Shown: positions 1 to 12,900 of the stretch, piece by piece | Layout of the letters: every line of letters starts with the position of its first letter | Position numbering within the stretch: position 1 is the first letter of the stretch | From: Eledone cirrhosa | Taxonomy: Eukaryota | Direction of reading: 5' to 3' | NCBI GenBank assembly: GCA_964016885.1 | Contig: OZ024740.1 | Location: forward strand, 431,024,001 to 431,088,000 | DNA: 64,000 bases | Position numbers and translations under genes: made by a program | The notes under the pieces: model-generated | Seen by the model: the letters and a program-made list of their open reading frames with translations, nothing else | Databases searched by the model: none | What the model was told of the DNA's origin: nothing

Positions 1-3000
1 TTTCTAAGGTCTACCTGGGGTCTGTTTCTCAGGTCTACCTTGGTTCTGTTTGTCAGTCCTACCTGGGGTTTGTTTGTCAGTCCTACCTGGGGTCTGTCTG
101 TCAGGTCTACCTGGGGTTTGTTTGTCAGGTCTACCTGGGGTCTGTTTGTCAGGTCTACCTGGGGTCTGTCTGTCAGTCCTATCTGGGGTCTGTCTGTCAG
201 TTCTACCTGGGGTCTGTTTGTCAGTCCTACCTGGGGTCTGTTTGTCAGGTCTACCTGGGGTCTGTCTGTCAGTCCTACCTGGGGTCTGTTTGTCAGTCCT
301 ACCAGGGGTCTGTTTGTCAGGTCTACCTGGGGTCTGTCTGTCAGTCCTACCTGGGGTCTGTTTGTCAGGTCTACCTGGGGTCTGTCTGTCAGTCCTATCT
401 GGGGTCTGTCTGTCAGTCCTACCTGGGGTCTGTTTGTCAGTCCTACCAGGGGTCTGTTTGTCAGGTCTACCTGGGGTCTGTCTGTCAGTCCTACCTGGGG
501 TCTGTCTGTCAGTCATACCTGGGGTCTGTTTGTCAGTCCTACCTGGGGTCTGTCTGTTAGTCCTACCTGGGGTCTGTTTCTCAGCTCTAACTGGGGTCTG
601 TTTGTCAGTCCTACCTGGGATCTGTTTGTCAGTCCTACCTGGGGTCTGTCTGTCAGTCCTTCCTCGGGTCTGTTTCTCATGTCTACCTGGGGTCTGTTTC
701 TCAGCTCTACCTGGGGTCTGTCTGTCAGTCCTACCTGGCGTTTGTTTGTCAGTCCTACATGGGGTCTGTCTGTCAGTCCTTCCTCGGGTCTGTTTCTCAT
801 GTTTACCTGGGGTCTGTTTCTCAGCTCTACCTGGGGTCTGTCTGTCAGTCTTACCTGGGGTCTGTTTGTCAGTCATACCTGGGGTCTGTTTGTCAGTCCT
901 ACCTGGGGTCTGTCTGTCAGTCCTACCTGGGTTCTGTCTGTCAGTCCTACCTGGGGTCTGTTTGTAAGTCCTACCTGGGGTCTGTTTCTCAGGTCTACCT
1001 GGGGTCTGTCTATCAGTCCTACCTGGGGTCTGTCTGTCAGATCTACCTGGGGTCTGTTTGTCAGTCCTATCTGGGGTCTGTTTGTCAGTCCTACCTGGGG
1101 TCTGTCTGTTAGTCCTACCTGGGGTCTGTTTGTCAGGTCTACCTGGGGTCTGTCTGTCAGATCTACCTGGGGTCTGTCTGTCAGTCCTACCTGGGGTCTG
1201 TTTGTCAGTCCTACCTGGGGTCTGTTTCTCAGGTCTACCTGGGGTCTGTTTGTCAGTCCTACCTGTGGTCTGTCTGTCAGGTCAACCTGGGGTCTTTTTG
1301 TCTGGTCTATCTGGGGTCTGTTTGTCAGGTCTACCTGGGGTCTGTTTGTCAGGTCTACCTGGGGTCTGTCTGTCATTCCTATCTGGGGTCTGTCTGTCAG
1401 TCCTACTTGGGGTCTGCTTGTCAGTCCTACCTGGGGTCTGTTTCTCATGTCTACCTGGGGTCTGTTTCTCAGCTCTACCTGGGGTCTGTCTGTCAGTCCT
1501 ACCTGGGGTCTGTTTGTCAGTCATACCTGGGGTCTGTTTCTCAGGTCTACCTGGGATCTGTTTGTCAGTCCTACCTGGGGTCTGTTCGTCAGTCCTACCT
1601 GGGGTCTGTTTGTCAGGTCTACCTGGGGACTGTCTGTCAGTCCTACCTGCGGTCTACATGTCAGTCCTACCTGGGGTCGGTTTGTCAGTCCTACCTGGGG
1701 ACTGTCCTTCAGTCCTACCTGGCGTCTGTCTGTTAGTCCTACCTGGGGTCTGTTTCTCAGGTCTACCTGGGGTCTGTTTGTCAGTCCTACCTGGGGTCTG
1801 TTTGTCAGTCTTACCTGGGATCTGTTTGTCAGTCCTACCTGGGGTCTGTCAGTCCTACCTGGGGTCTGTCTGTCAGTCCTACCTGGGGTCTGTTTGTCAG
1901 TCCTACCTGGGGTCTGTTTCTCATGTCTACCTGGTGTCTGTCTGTCAGTCCTACCTGGGGTCTGTTTGTCAGTCCTACCTGGGGGCTGTTTCTAACGTCT
2001 ACCTGTGGTCTGTCTGTGAGTCCTACCTGGGGTCTGTTTCTCAGATCTACCTGGGGTCTGTTTGTCAGGTCTACCTGGGGTCTGTTTGTCAGGTCTACCT
2101 GGGGTCTGTTTGTCAGTCCTACCTGGGGTCTGTTTGTCAGTCCTATCAGGGATCTGTTTGTCAGTGCTACCTGGGGTCTGTTTGTCAGGTCTACTGGTGT
2201 CTGTTTGTCATGTCTACCTGGGGTCTGTTTTTCAGTCCTACCTGGGGTCTGTTTGTCAGGTCTATCTGGGGTCTGTTTGTCAGTCCTACCTGGGGTCTGT
2301 TTGTCAGTCCTACCTGGGGTGTGTTTGTCAGGTCTACCTGGGGTCTGTTTGTCAGGTCTACTGGAGTCTGTTTGTCAGGTCTACTGGGGTCTGTTTGTCA
2401 GGTCTACCTGGGGTCTGTTTGTCAGTCCTACCTGGGGTATGTTTGTCAGTCCTACCTGGGATCTGTTTGTCAGGTCTACTGGGGTCTCTTTGTCAGGTCT
2501 ACTGGGGTCTGTTTGTCAGGTCTACTGGGGTCTGTTTGTCAGGTCTACCTGGGGTCTGTTTGTCAGTCCTACCTGGGGTCTGTTTGTCAGGTCTACTGGG
2601 GTCTGTTTGTAAGATCTACCTGGGGTCTGTTTCTCAGGTCTACCTGGGGTCTCTTTGTCAGGTCTACATGGGGCCTGTCTGTCAGTCCTACCTGGGGTCT
2701 GTTTGTCAGTCCTACCTGGGGTCTGTTTGTCAGGTCAACCTGGGGTCTGTCTGTCAGGTCTACCTGGGGTCTGTTTGTCAGATCTACCTGGGGTCTGTTT
2801 GTCAGTCCTACCTGGGGTCTGTTTGTAAGGTCTACCTGGGGTCTGTTTGTCAGGTCGCCCTGGGGTCTGTCTGTCAGTCCTACCTGGGGTCTGTTTGTCA
2901 GGTCTACCTGGGGTCTGTTTGTCAGTCCTACCTGGGGTCTGTTTGTCAGGTCTATCTGGGGTCTGTCTGTCAGTCCTACCTGGGGTCTGTTTGTCAGGTC

Positions 3001-5935
3001 TACTGGGGTCTGTTTGTCAGGTCTACCTGGGGTCTGTTTCTCAGGTCTACCTGGGGTCTGTTTGTCAGGTCTACCTGGGGTCTGTCTGTCAGTCCTACCT
3101 GGGGTCTGTTTGTCAGTTCGACCTGGGGTCTGTTTGTCAGGTCTTCCTGGGGTCTGTTTGTCAGTCCTACCTGGGGTCTGTTTGTCAGTCCTACCTGGGG
3201 TCTGTTTGTCAGGTCTACCTGGGGTCTGTTTGTCAGTCCTACCTGGGGTCTGTTTGTCAGGTCTACCTGGGATCTGTTTGTCAGTCCCAACTGCGGTCTG
3301 TCTGTCAGTCCTACCTGTGGTCTGTCTGTCAGTCCTACCTGGGGTCTGTCTGTCAGTCCTACCTGGCGTCTGTTTGTCAGGTCTACCTGGGGTCTGTTTG
3401 TCAGGTCTACCTGGGGTCTGTTTGTCAGGTCTACCTGGGGTCTGTTTGTCAGGTCTACCTGGGGTCGGTTTGTCAGTCTTACCTGTGGTCTCTTTGTCAG
3501 GTCTACCTGGGGTCTGTTTCTCAGGTCTACCTGGGGTCTGTTTGTCAGTCCTACCTGGGGTCTGTTTGTCAGTCCTACCTGGGGTCTGTTTGTCAGTCCT
3601 ACCTGGGGTCTGTCTGTCAGTCCTACCTGTGGTCTGTTTGTCAGTCCTACCTGAGGTCTGTCTGTCAGGTCAACCTGGGGTCTTTTTGTCAGGTCTACCT
3701 GGGGTCTGTTTGTCAGGTCTACCTGGGGTCTGTCTGTCAGTCCTACCTGGGGTCTGTCTGTCAGTCCTACCTGGGGTCTGTTTGTCAGTCCTACCTGGGG
3801 TCTGTTTCTCAGGTCTACCTGGGGTCTGTCTATCAGTCCTACCTGGGGTCTGTCTGTCAGATCTACCTGGGGTCTGTTTGTCAGTCCTATCTGGGGTCTG
3901 TTTGTCAGTCCTACCTGGGGTCTGTTTGTCAGGTCTACCTGGGGTCTGTTTGTCAGTCCTACCTGGGGTCTGTTTGTCAGGTCTACCTGGGGTCTGTTTA
4001 TCAGTCCTACCTGGGGTCTGTTTGTCAGGTCTACCTGGGGTCTGTTTGTCAGGTCTACCTGGGGTCTGTCTGTCAGGTCACCTGGGGTCTGTCTGTCAGT
4101 CCTACCTGGCGTCTGTTTGTCAGTCGTACCTGGGGTCTGTTTGTCAGGTCTACCTGGGGTCTGTCTGTCAGGTCACCTGGGGTCTGTCTGTCAGTCCTAC
4201 CTGGCGTCTGTCTGTCAGTCCTACCTGGGGTCTGTTTGTCAGTCCTACCTGGGGTCTGTTTCTCAGGTCTAACTGGGATCTGTTTGTCAGTCCTACCTGG
4301 GGTCTGTTTGTCAGTCCTACCTGGGGTCTGTTTGTCAGGTCTAACTGGGATCTGTTTGTCAGTCCTACCTGGGGTCTGTTTGTCAGTCCTACCTGGGGTC
4401 TGTTTGTCAGGTCTAACTGGGATCTGTTTGTCAGTCCTACCTGGGGTCTGTTTGTCAGTCCTACCTGGGGTCTGTTTGTCAGTCCTACTTGGGGTTTGTT
4501 TCTCAGCTCTACCTGGGGTCTGTTTCTCAGCTCTACCTGGGGTCTGTTTGTCAGTCCTACTTGGGGTTTGTTTCTCAGCTCTACCTGGGGTCTGTTTGTC
4601 AGTCCTACCTGGGGTCTGTTTGTCAGTCCTACCTGGGGTCTGTTTGTCAGTCCTACCTGGGGACTGTCTGTCAGTCCTACCTTGCGTCTGTCTGTTAGTC
4701 CTACCTGGGGTCTGTTTGTCAGTCCTACCTGGGGTCTGGTTGTCAGTCCTACCTGGGGTCTGTTTGTCAGTCCTACCTGGGGTCTGTTTCTCAGCTCTAC
4801 CTGGGGTCTGTTTGTCAGTCCTACCTGGGGTCTGTTTCTCAGGTCTACCTGGGGTCTGTTTGTCACTCCTACCTGGGGTCTGTTTGTCTGACCTACCTGG
4901 GGTCTGTTTGTCGGGCCTACCTGGGGACTGTCTGTCAGTCCTACCTGGGATCTGCTTGTCAGTCCTACCTGGGGTCTGTTTGTCAGTCCTACCTGGGGTC
5001 TGTTTGTCAGGTCTACCTGGCGTCTGTCTATCAGGCCTACCTGGGGTCTGTTTATCAGGCCTACCTGGGGTCTGTTTCTCAGGTCTACCTGGGGTCTGTT
5101 TGTCAGGTTACCTGGGGTCCGTTTGTCAGGTCTAATTGGGGACTGTCTGTCAGTCCTACCTGGGGTCTGTTTGTCGAGCCTATCTGGGGTCTGTTTCTCA
5201 GTCCTACTTGGGGTTTGTTTGTCAGTCCTACCTGGGGTCTGTTTGTCGAGCCTATCTGGGGTCTGTTTCTCAGTCCAACTTGGGGTTTGTTTGTCAGTCC
5301 TACCTGGGGTCTGTTTTGTCAGTCCTACCTGGGGTCTGTTTCTCAGATCTACCTGGGGTCTGTTTGTCAGTCCTACCCGGGGTCTGTTTGTCAGTCCTAC
5401 CTGGGGTCTGTTTGTCAGGTCTACCTGGGGTCTGTTTGTCAGGTCTACCTGGGGTCTGTTTGTCAGTCCTACCTGGGGTCTGTTTCTCAGGTCTACCTGG
5501 GGTCTGTTTGTCAGGTTACCTGGGGTCCGTTTGTCAGGTCTAATTGGGGACTGTCTGTCAGTCCTACCTGGGGTCTGTTTGTCGAGCCTATCTGGGGTCT
5601 GTTTCTCAGTCCTACTTGGGGTTTGTTTGTCAGTCCTACCTGGGGTCTGTTTTGTCAGTCCTACCTGGGGTCTGTTTCTCAGGTCTACCTGGGGTCTGTT
5701 TGTCAGTCCTACCCGGGGTCTGTTCGTCAGTCCTACCTGGGGTCTGTTTGTCAGTCCTACCTGGGGTCTGTTTGTCAGTCCTACCTGGGGTCTGTTTGTC
5801 AGCTCTACCTGGGGTCTGTTTGTCAGTCCTACTTGGGGTCTGTTTGTCAGGTCTACCTGGGGTCTGTTTGTCAGTCCTACCTGGGGTCTGTTTGTCAGGT
5901 CTACCTGGGGTCTGTTTGTCAGTCCTACCTGGGGT
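1..5935. repeat. 24-bp minisatellite array 1 (consensus GTCTGTTTGTCAGTCCTACCTGGG, alternating with ...CAGGTCTACCTGGG), open at window start
   Basis: 24-nt periodicity read directly; 23- and 25-nt indel variants shift the reading frames. Confidence 0.98.
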
Positions 5936-6019
5936 ATATTTTATGAGGAATAAGTTGAACAATCCATATTAGTATTTACACACAGCCATGTTCTGTTGAT
6001 TGGAGAATTTCTTGTGAGG
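5936..6019. repeat. 84-bp unique spacer of the compound repeat, copy 1 (other copies 14543-14626, 18218-18301, 23136-23219, 30682-30765, 35906-35989, 43976-44059)
   Basis: ATATTTTATGAGGAATAAG...TTTCTTGTGAGG recurs apparently identically seven times, always between a 24-mer array and an ACC tract. Confidence 0.95.
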
Positions 6020-6913
6020 CACCGCCACCATTACCACCACCACTACCACTACCACTACCAATACCACCACTAGCACTACCACCACTACTACCACTACCAC
6101 CACTACTACCACTACCACCACTACTACCACTACCACTACCACCACCACTGCCACCACCACCACCACCACCACTACTACAACCACTACCACTGCCACCACC
6201 ACCATACTACCACCACCACTACCACCACCACTACCACTACCACTACCACTACCACCACCACCACCACTAGCACTACCACCACTACTACCACCACCACTAC
6301 CACTACCACCACCACCACCACCACTAGCACTACCACCACTACTACCACTACGATCACTACTACCACTACCACCACCACTACCACTACCACCACCACTGCC
6401 ACCACCACCACTACCACCACCACTACCACTACCACCACCACTACCACGACCACCACCACTACCACCACCACTACCACGACCACCACCACTACCAAACCAC
6501 CACCACTACCACTACCACAACCACTACCACTACCACCACCACTGCCACCACCACCACCACTACCACCACTACCTTTACTACCACCACCACCACCACCACC
6601 ACCAGCACCACCACCAGCACCACCACCACTGCCACCACCACCATACTACCACCACCACCACCACCACCACCACCACCACTACCACCACCACCACCACCAC
6701 CACCACTACCACCAACACCACCACTACCACCACCACCACCACCACCAACAACAACATCACCACCACCAACACCATCACCACCACCACCACTACCACCACC
6801 ACCACCACAACCACCACTACCACCACCAGCAGCACCAATACCACCACCACCATCACCACCACCACCACCACGACCACCACCACCAGCACCACCACCATCA
6901 ACACCACCACCAC
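6020..6913. repeat. (ACC/ACT)n imperfect trinucleotide tract, unit 1
   Basis: Seen directly. Confidence 0.97.
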
Positions 6914-9900
6914 CTACCTGGAGTCTGTTTGTCAGGTCTACTGGTGTCTGTTTGTCATGTCTACCTGGGGTCTGTTTTTCAGTCCTACCTGGGGTCTGTT
7001 TGTCAGGTCTATCTGGGGTCTGTTTGTCAGTCCTACCTGGGGTCTGTTTGTCAGTCCTACCTGGGGTCTGTTTGTCAGTCCTACCTGGGGTGTGTTTGTC
7101 AGGTCTACCTGGGGTCTGTTTGTCAGGTCTACTGGAGTCTGTTTGTCAGGTCTACTGGGGTCTGTTTGTCAGGTCTACTTGCGGTCTGTTTGTCAGTCCT
7201 ACCTGGGGTCTGTTTGTCAGTCCTACCTGGGGTGTGTTTGTCAGGTCTACCTGGGGTCTGTTTGTCAGGTCTACTGGAGTCTGTTTGTCAGGTCTACTGG
7301 GGTCTGTTTGTCAGGTCTACCTGGGGTCTGTTTGTCAGTCCTACCTGGGGTATGTTTGTCAGTCCTACCTGGGATCTGTTTGTCAGGTCTACTGGGGTCT
7401 GTTTGTCAGGTCTACTGGGGTCTGTTTGTCAGGTCTACTGGGGTCTGTTTGTCAGGTCTACCTGGGGTCCGTTTGTCTGTCCTACCTGGGGTCTGTTTGT
7501 CAGGTCTACTGGGGTCTGTTTGTCAGGTCTACTGGGGTCTGTTTGTAAGATCTACCTGGGGTCTGTTTCTCAGGTCTACCTGGGGTCTCTTTGTCAGGTC
7601 TACATGGGGCCTGTCTGTCAGTCCTACCTGGGGTCTGATTGTCAGTCCTACCTGGGGTCTGTTTGTCAGGTCAACCTGGGGTCTGTCTGTCAGGTCTACC
7701 TGGGGTCTGTTTGTCAGATCTACCTGGGGACTGTTTGTCAGTCCTACCTGGGGTCTGTTTGTAAGGTCTACCTGGGGGTCTGTTTGTCAGGTCGCCCTGG
7801 GGTCTGTCTGTCAGTCCTACCTGGGGTCTGTTTCTCAGATCTACCTGGGGTCTGTTTGTCAGTCCTACCCGGGGTCTGTTTTTCAGTCCTACCTGGGGTC
7901 TGTTTGTCAGGTCTACCTGGGGTCTGTTTGTCAGGTCTACCTGGGGTCTGTTTGTCAGTCCTACCTGGGGTCTGTTTCTCAGGTCTACCTGGGGTCTGTT
8001 TGTCAGGTTACCTGGGGTCCGTTTGTCAGGTCTAATTGGGGACTGTCTGTCAGTCCTACCTGGGGTCTGTTTGTCGAGCCTAACTGGGGTCTGTTTCTCA
8101 GTCCTACTTGGGGTTTGTTTGTCAGTCCTACCTGGGGTCTGTTTTGTCAGTCCTACCTGGGGTCTGTTTGTCAGGTCTACCTGGGGTCTGTTTCTCAGGT
8201 CTACCTGGGGTCTGTTTGTCAGGTCTACCTGGGGTCTGTCTGTCAGTCCTACCTGGGGTCTGTTTGTCAGTTCGACCTGGGGTCTGTTTGTCAGGTCTTC
8301 CTGGGGTCTGTTTGTCAGTCCTACCTGGGGTCTGTTTGTCAGTCCTACCTGGGGTCTGTTTGTCAGGTCTACCTGGGGTCTGTTTGTCAGTCCTACCTGG
8401 GGTCTGTTTGTCAGTCCTACCTGGGGTCTGTTTGTCAGTCCTACCTGGGGTCTGTCTGTCAGTCCTACCTGTGGTCTGTTTGTCAGTCCTACCTGAGGTC
8501 TGTCTGTCAGGTCAACCTGGGGTCTTTTTGTCAGGTCTACCTGGGGTCTGTTTGTCAGGTCTACCTGGGGTCTGTCTGTCAGTCCTACCTGGGGTCTGTC
8601 TGTCAGTCCTACCTGGGGTCTGTTTGTCAGTCCTACCTGGGGTCTGTTTCTCAGGTCTACCTGGGGTCTGTCTATCAGTCCTACCTGGGGTCTGTCTGTC
8701 AGATCTACCTGGGGTCTGTTTGTCAGTCCTATCTGGGGTCTGTTTGTCAGTCCTACCTGGGGTCTGTTTGTCAGGTCTACCTGGGGTCTGTTTGTCAGTC
8801 CTACCTGGGGTCTGTTTGTCAGGTCTACCTGGGGTCTGTTTATCAGTCCTACCTGGGGTCTGTTTGTCAGGTCTACCTGGGGTCTGTTTGTCAGGTCTAC
8901 CTGGGGTCTGTATGTCAGGTCACCTGGGGTCTGTCTGTCAGTCCTACCTGGCGTCTGTTTGTCAGTCGTACCTGGGGTCTGTTTGTCAGGTCTACCTGGG
9001 GTCTGTCTGTCAGGTCACCTGGGGTCTGTCTGTCAGTCCTACCTGGCGTCTGTCTGTCAGTCCTACCTGGGGTCTGTTTGTCAGTCCTACCTGGGGTCTG
9101 TTTGTCAGTCGTACCTGGGGTCTGTTTGTCAGGTCTACCTGGGGTCTGTCTGTCAGGTCACCTGGGGTCTGTCTGTCAGTCCTACCTGGCGTCTGTCTGT
9201 CAGTCCTACCTGGGGTCTGTTTGTCAGTCCTACCTGGGGTCTGTTTCTCAGGTCTAACTGGGATCTGTTTGTCAGTCCTACCTGGGGTCTGTTTGTCAGT
9301 CCTACCTGGGGTCTGTTTGTCAGGTCTAACTGGGATCTGTTTGTCAGTCCTACCTGGGGTCTGTTTGTCAGTCCTACCTGGGGTCTGTTTGTCAGGTCTA
9401 ACTGGGATCTGTTTGTCAGTCCTACCTGGGGTCTGTTTGTCAGTCCTACCTGGGGTCTGTTTGTCAGTCCTACTTGGGGTTTGTTTCTCAGCTCTACCTG
9501 GGGTCTGTTTCTCAGCTCTACCTGGGGTCTGTTTGTCAGTCCTACTTGGGGTTTGTTTCTCAGCTCTACCTGGGGTCTGTTTGTCAGTCCTACCTGGGGT
9601 CTGTTTGTCAGTCCTACCTGGGGTCTGTTTGTCAGTCCTACCTGGGGACTGTCTGTCAGTCCTACCTTGCGTCTGTCTGTTAGTCCTACCTGGGGTCTGT
9701 TTGTCAGTCCTACCTGGGGTCTGGTTGTCAGTCCTACCTGGGGTCTGTTTGTCAGTCCTACCTGGGGTCTGTTTCTCAGCTCTACCTGGGGTCTGTTTGT
9801 CAGTCCTACCTGGGGTCTGTTTCTCAGGTCTACCTGGGGTCTGTTTGTCACTCCTACCTGGGGTCTGTTTGTCTGACCTACCTGGGGTCTGTTTGTCGGG

Positions 9901-12900
9901 CCTACCTGGGGACTGTCTGTCAGTCCTACCTGGGGTCTGTTTGTCAGTCCTACCTGGGGTCTGTTTGTCAGGTCTACCTGGCGTCTGTCTATCAGGCCTA
10001 CCTGGGGTCTGTTTATCAGGCCTACCTGGGGTCTGTTTCTCAGGTCTACCTGGGGTCTGTTTGTCAGGTTACCTGGGGTCCGTTTGTCAGGTCTAATTGG
10101 GGACTGTCTGTCAGTCCTACCTGGGGTCTGTTTGTCGAGCCTATCTGGGGTCTGTTTCTCAGTCCTACTTGGGGTTTGTTTGTCAGTCCTACCTGGGGTC
10201 TGTTTGTCGAGCCTATCTGGGGTCTGTTTCTCAGTCCAACTTGGGGTTTGTTTGTCAGTCCTACCTGGGGTCTGTTTTGTCAGTCCTACCTGGGGTCTGT
10301 TTCTCAGATCTACCTGGGGTCTGTTTGTCAGTCCTACCCGGGGTCTGTTTGTCAGTCCTACCTGGGGTCTGTTTGTCAGGTCTACCTGGGGTCTGTTTGT
10401 CAGGTCTACCTGGGGTCTGTTTGTCAGTCCTACCTGGGGTCTGTTTCTCAGGTCTACCTGGGGTCTGTTTGTCAGGTTACCTGGGGTCCGTTTGTCAGGT
10501 CTAATTGGGGACTGTCTGTCAGTCCTACCTGGGGTCTGTTTGTCGAGCCTATCTGGGGTCTGTTTCTCAGTCCTACTTGGGGTTTGTTTGTCAGTCCTAC
10601 CTGGGGTCTGTTTTGTCAGTCCTACCTGGGGTCTGTTTCTCAGGTCTACCTGGGGTCTGTTTGTCAGTCCTACCCGGGGTCTGTTCGTCAGTCCTACCTG
10701 GGGTCTGTTTGTCAGTCCTACCTGGGGTCTGTTTGTCAGTCCTACCTGGCGTCTGTCTGTCAGTCCTACCTGGGGTCTGTTTGTCAGTCCTACCTGGGGT
10801 CTGTTTGTCAGTCGTACCTGGGGTCTGTTTGTCAGGTCTACCTGGGGTCTGTCTGTCAGGTCACCTGGGGTCTGTCTGTCAGTCCTACCTGGCGTCTGTC
10901 TGTCAGTCCTACCTGGGGTCTGTTTGTCAGTCCTACCTGGGGTCTGTTTCTCAGGTCTAACTGGGATCTGTTTGTCAGTCCTACCTGGGGTCTGTTTGTC
11001 AGTCCTACCTGGGGTCTGTTTGTCAGGTCTAACTGGGATCTGTTTGTCAGTCCTACCTGGGGTCTGTTTGTCAGTCCTACCTGGGGTCTGTTTGTCAGGT
11101 CTAACTGGGATCTGTTTGTCAGTCCTACCTGGGGTCTGTTTGTCAGTCCTACCTGGGGTCTGTTTGTCAGTCCTACTTGGGGTTTGTTTCTCACCTCTAC
11201 CTGGGGTCTGTTTCTCAGCTCTACCTGGGGTCTGTTTGTCAGTCCTACTTGGGGTTTGTTTCTCAGCTCTACCTGGGGTCTGTTTGTCAGTCCTACCTGG
11301 GGTCTGTTTGTCAGTCCTACCTGGGGTCTGTTTGTCAGTCCTACCTGGGGACTGTCTGTCAGTCCTACCTTGCGTCTGTCTGTTAGTCCTACCTGGGGTC
11401 TGTTTCTCAGCTCTACCTGGGGTCTGTTTGTCAGTCCTACCTGGGGTCTGTTTCTCAGGTCTACCTGGGGTCTGTTTGTCACTCCTACCTGGGGTCTGTT
11501 TGTCTGACCTACCTGGGGTCTGTTTGTCGGGCCTACCTGGGGACTGTCTGTCAGTCCTACCTGGGATCTGCTTGTCAGTCCTACCTGGGGTCTGTTTGTC
11601 AGTCCTACCTGGGGTCTGTTTGTCAGGTCTACCTGGCGTCTGTCTATCAGGCCTACCTGGGGTCTGTTTATCAGGCCTACCTGGGGTCTGTTTCTCAGGT
11701 CTACCTGGGGTCTGTTTGTCAGGTTACCTGGGGTCCGTTTGTCAGGTCTAATTGGGGACTGTCTGTCAGTCCTACCTGGGGTCTGTTTGTCGAGCCTATC
11801 TGGGGTCTGTTTCTCAGTCCTACTTGGGGTTTGTTTGTCAGTCCTACCTGGGGTCTGTTTGTCGAGCCTATCTGGGGTCTGTTTCTCAGTCCAACTTGGG
11901 GTTTGTTTGTCAGTCCTACCTGGGGTCTGTTTTGTCAGTCCTACCTGGGGTCTGTTTCTCAGATCTACCTGGGGTCTGTTTGTCAGTCCTACCCGGGGTC
12001 TGTTTGTCAGTCCTACCTGGGGTCTGTTTGTCAGGTCTACCTGGGGTCTGTTTGTCAGGTCTACCTGGGGTCTGTTTGTCAGTCCTACCTGGGGTCTGTT
12101 TCTCAGGTCTACCTGGGGTCTGTTTGTCAGGTTACCTGGGGTCCGTTTGTCAGGTCTAATTGGGGACTGTCTGTCAGTCCTACCTGGGGTCTGTTTGTCG
12201 AGCCTATCTGGGGTCTGTTTCTCAGTCCAACTTGGGGTTTGTTTGTCAGTCCTACCTGGGGTCTGTTTTGTCAGTCCTACCTGGGGTCTGTTTCTCAGAT
12301 CTACCTGGGGTCTGTTTGTCAGTCCTACCCGGGGTCTGTTTGTCAGTCCTACCTGGGGTCTGTTTGTCAGGTCTACCTGGGGTCTGTTTGTCAGGTCTAC
12401 CTGGGGTCTGTTTGTCAGTCCTACCTGGGGTCTGTTTCTCAGGTCTACCTGGGGTCTGTTTGTCAGGTTACCTGGGGTCCGTTTGTCAGGTCTAATTGGG
12501 GACTGTCTGTCAGTCCTACCTGGGGTCTGTTTGTCGAGCCTATCTGGGGTCTGTTTCTCAGTCCTACTTGGGGTTTGTTTGTCAGTCCTACCTGGGGTCT
12601 GTTTTGTCAGTCCTACCTGGGGTCTGTTTCTCAGGTCTACCTGGGGTCTGTTTGTCAGTCCTACCCGGGGTCTGTTCGTCAGTCCTACCTGGGGTCTGTT
12701 TGTCAGTCCTACCTGGGGTCTGTTTGTCAGTCCTACCTGGCGTCTGTCTGTCAGTCCTACCTGGGGTCTGTTTGTCAGTCCTACCTGGGGTCTGTTTGTC
12801 AGTCGTACCTGGGGTCTGTTTGTCAGGTCTACCTGGGGTCTGTCTGTCAGGTCACCTGGGGTCTGTCTGTCAGTCCTACCTGGCGTCTGTCTGTCAGTCC

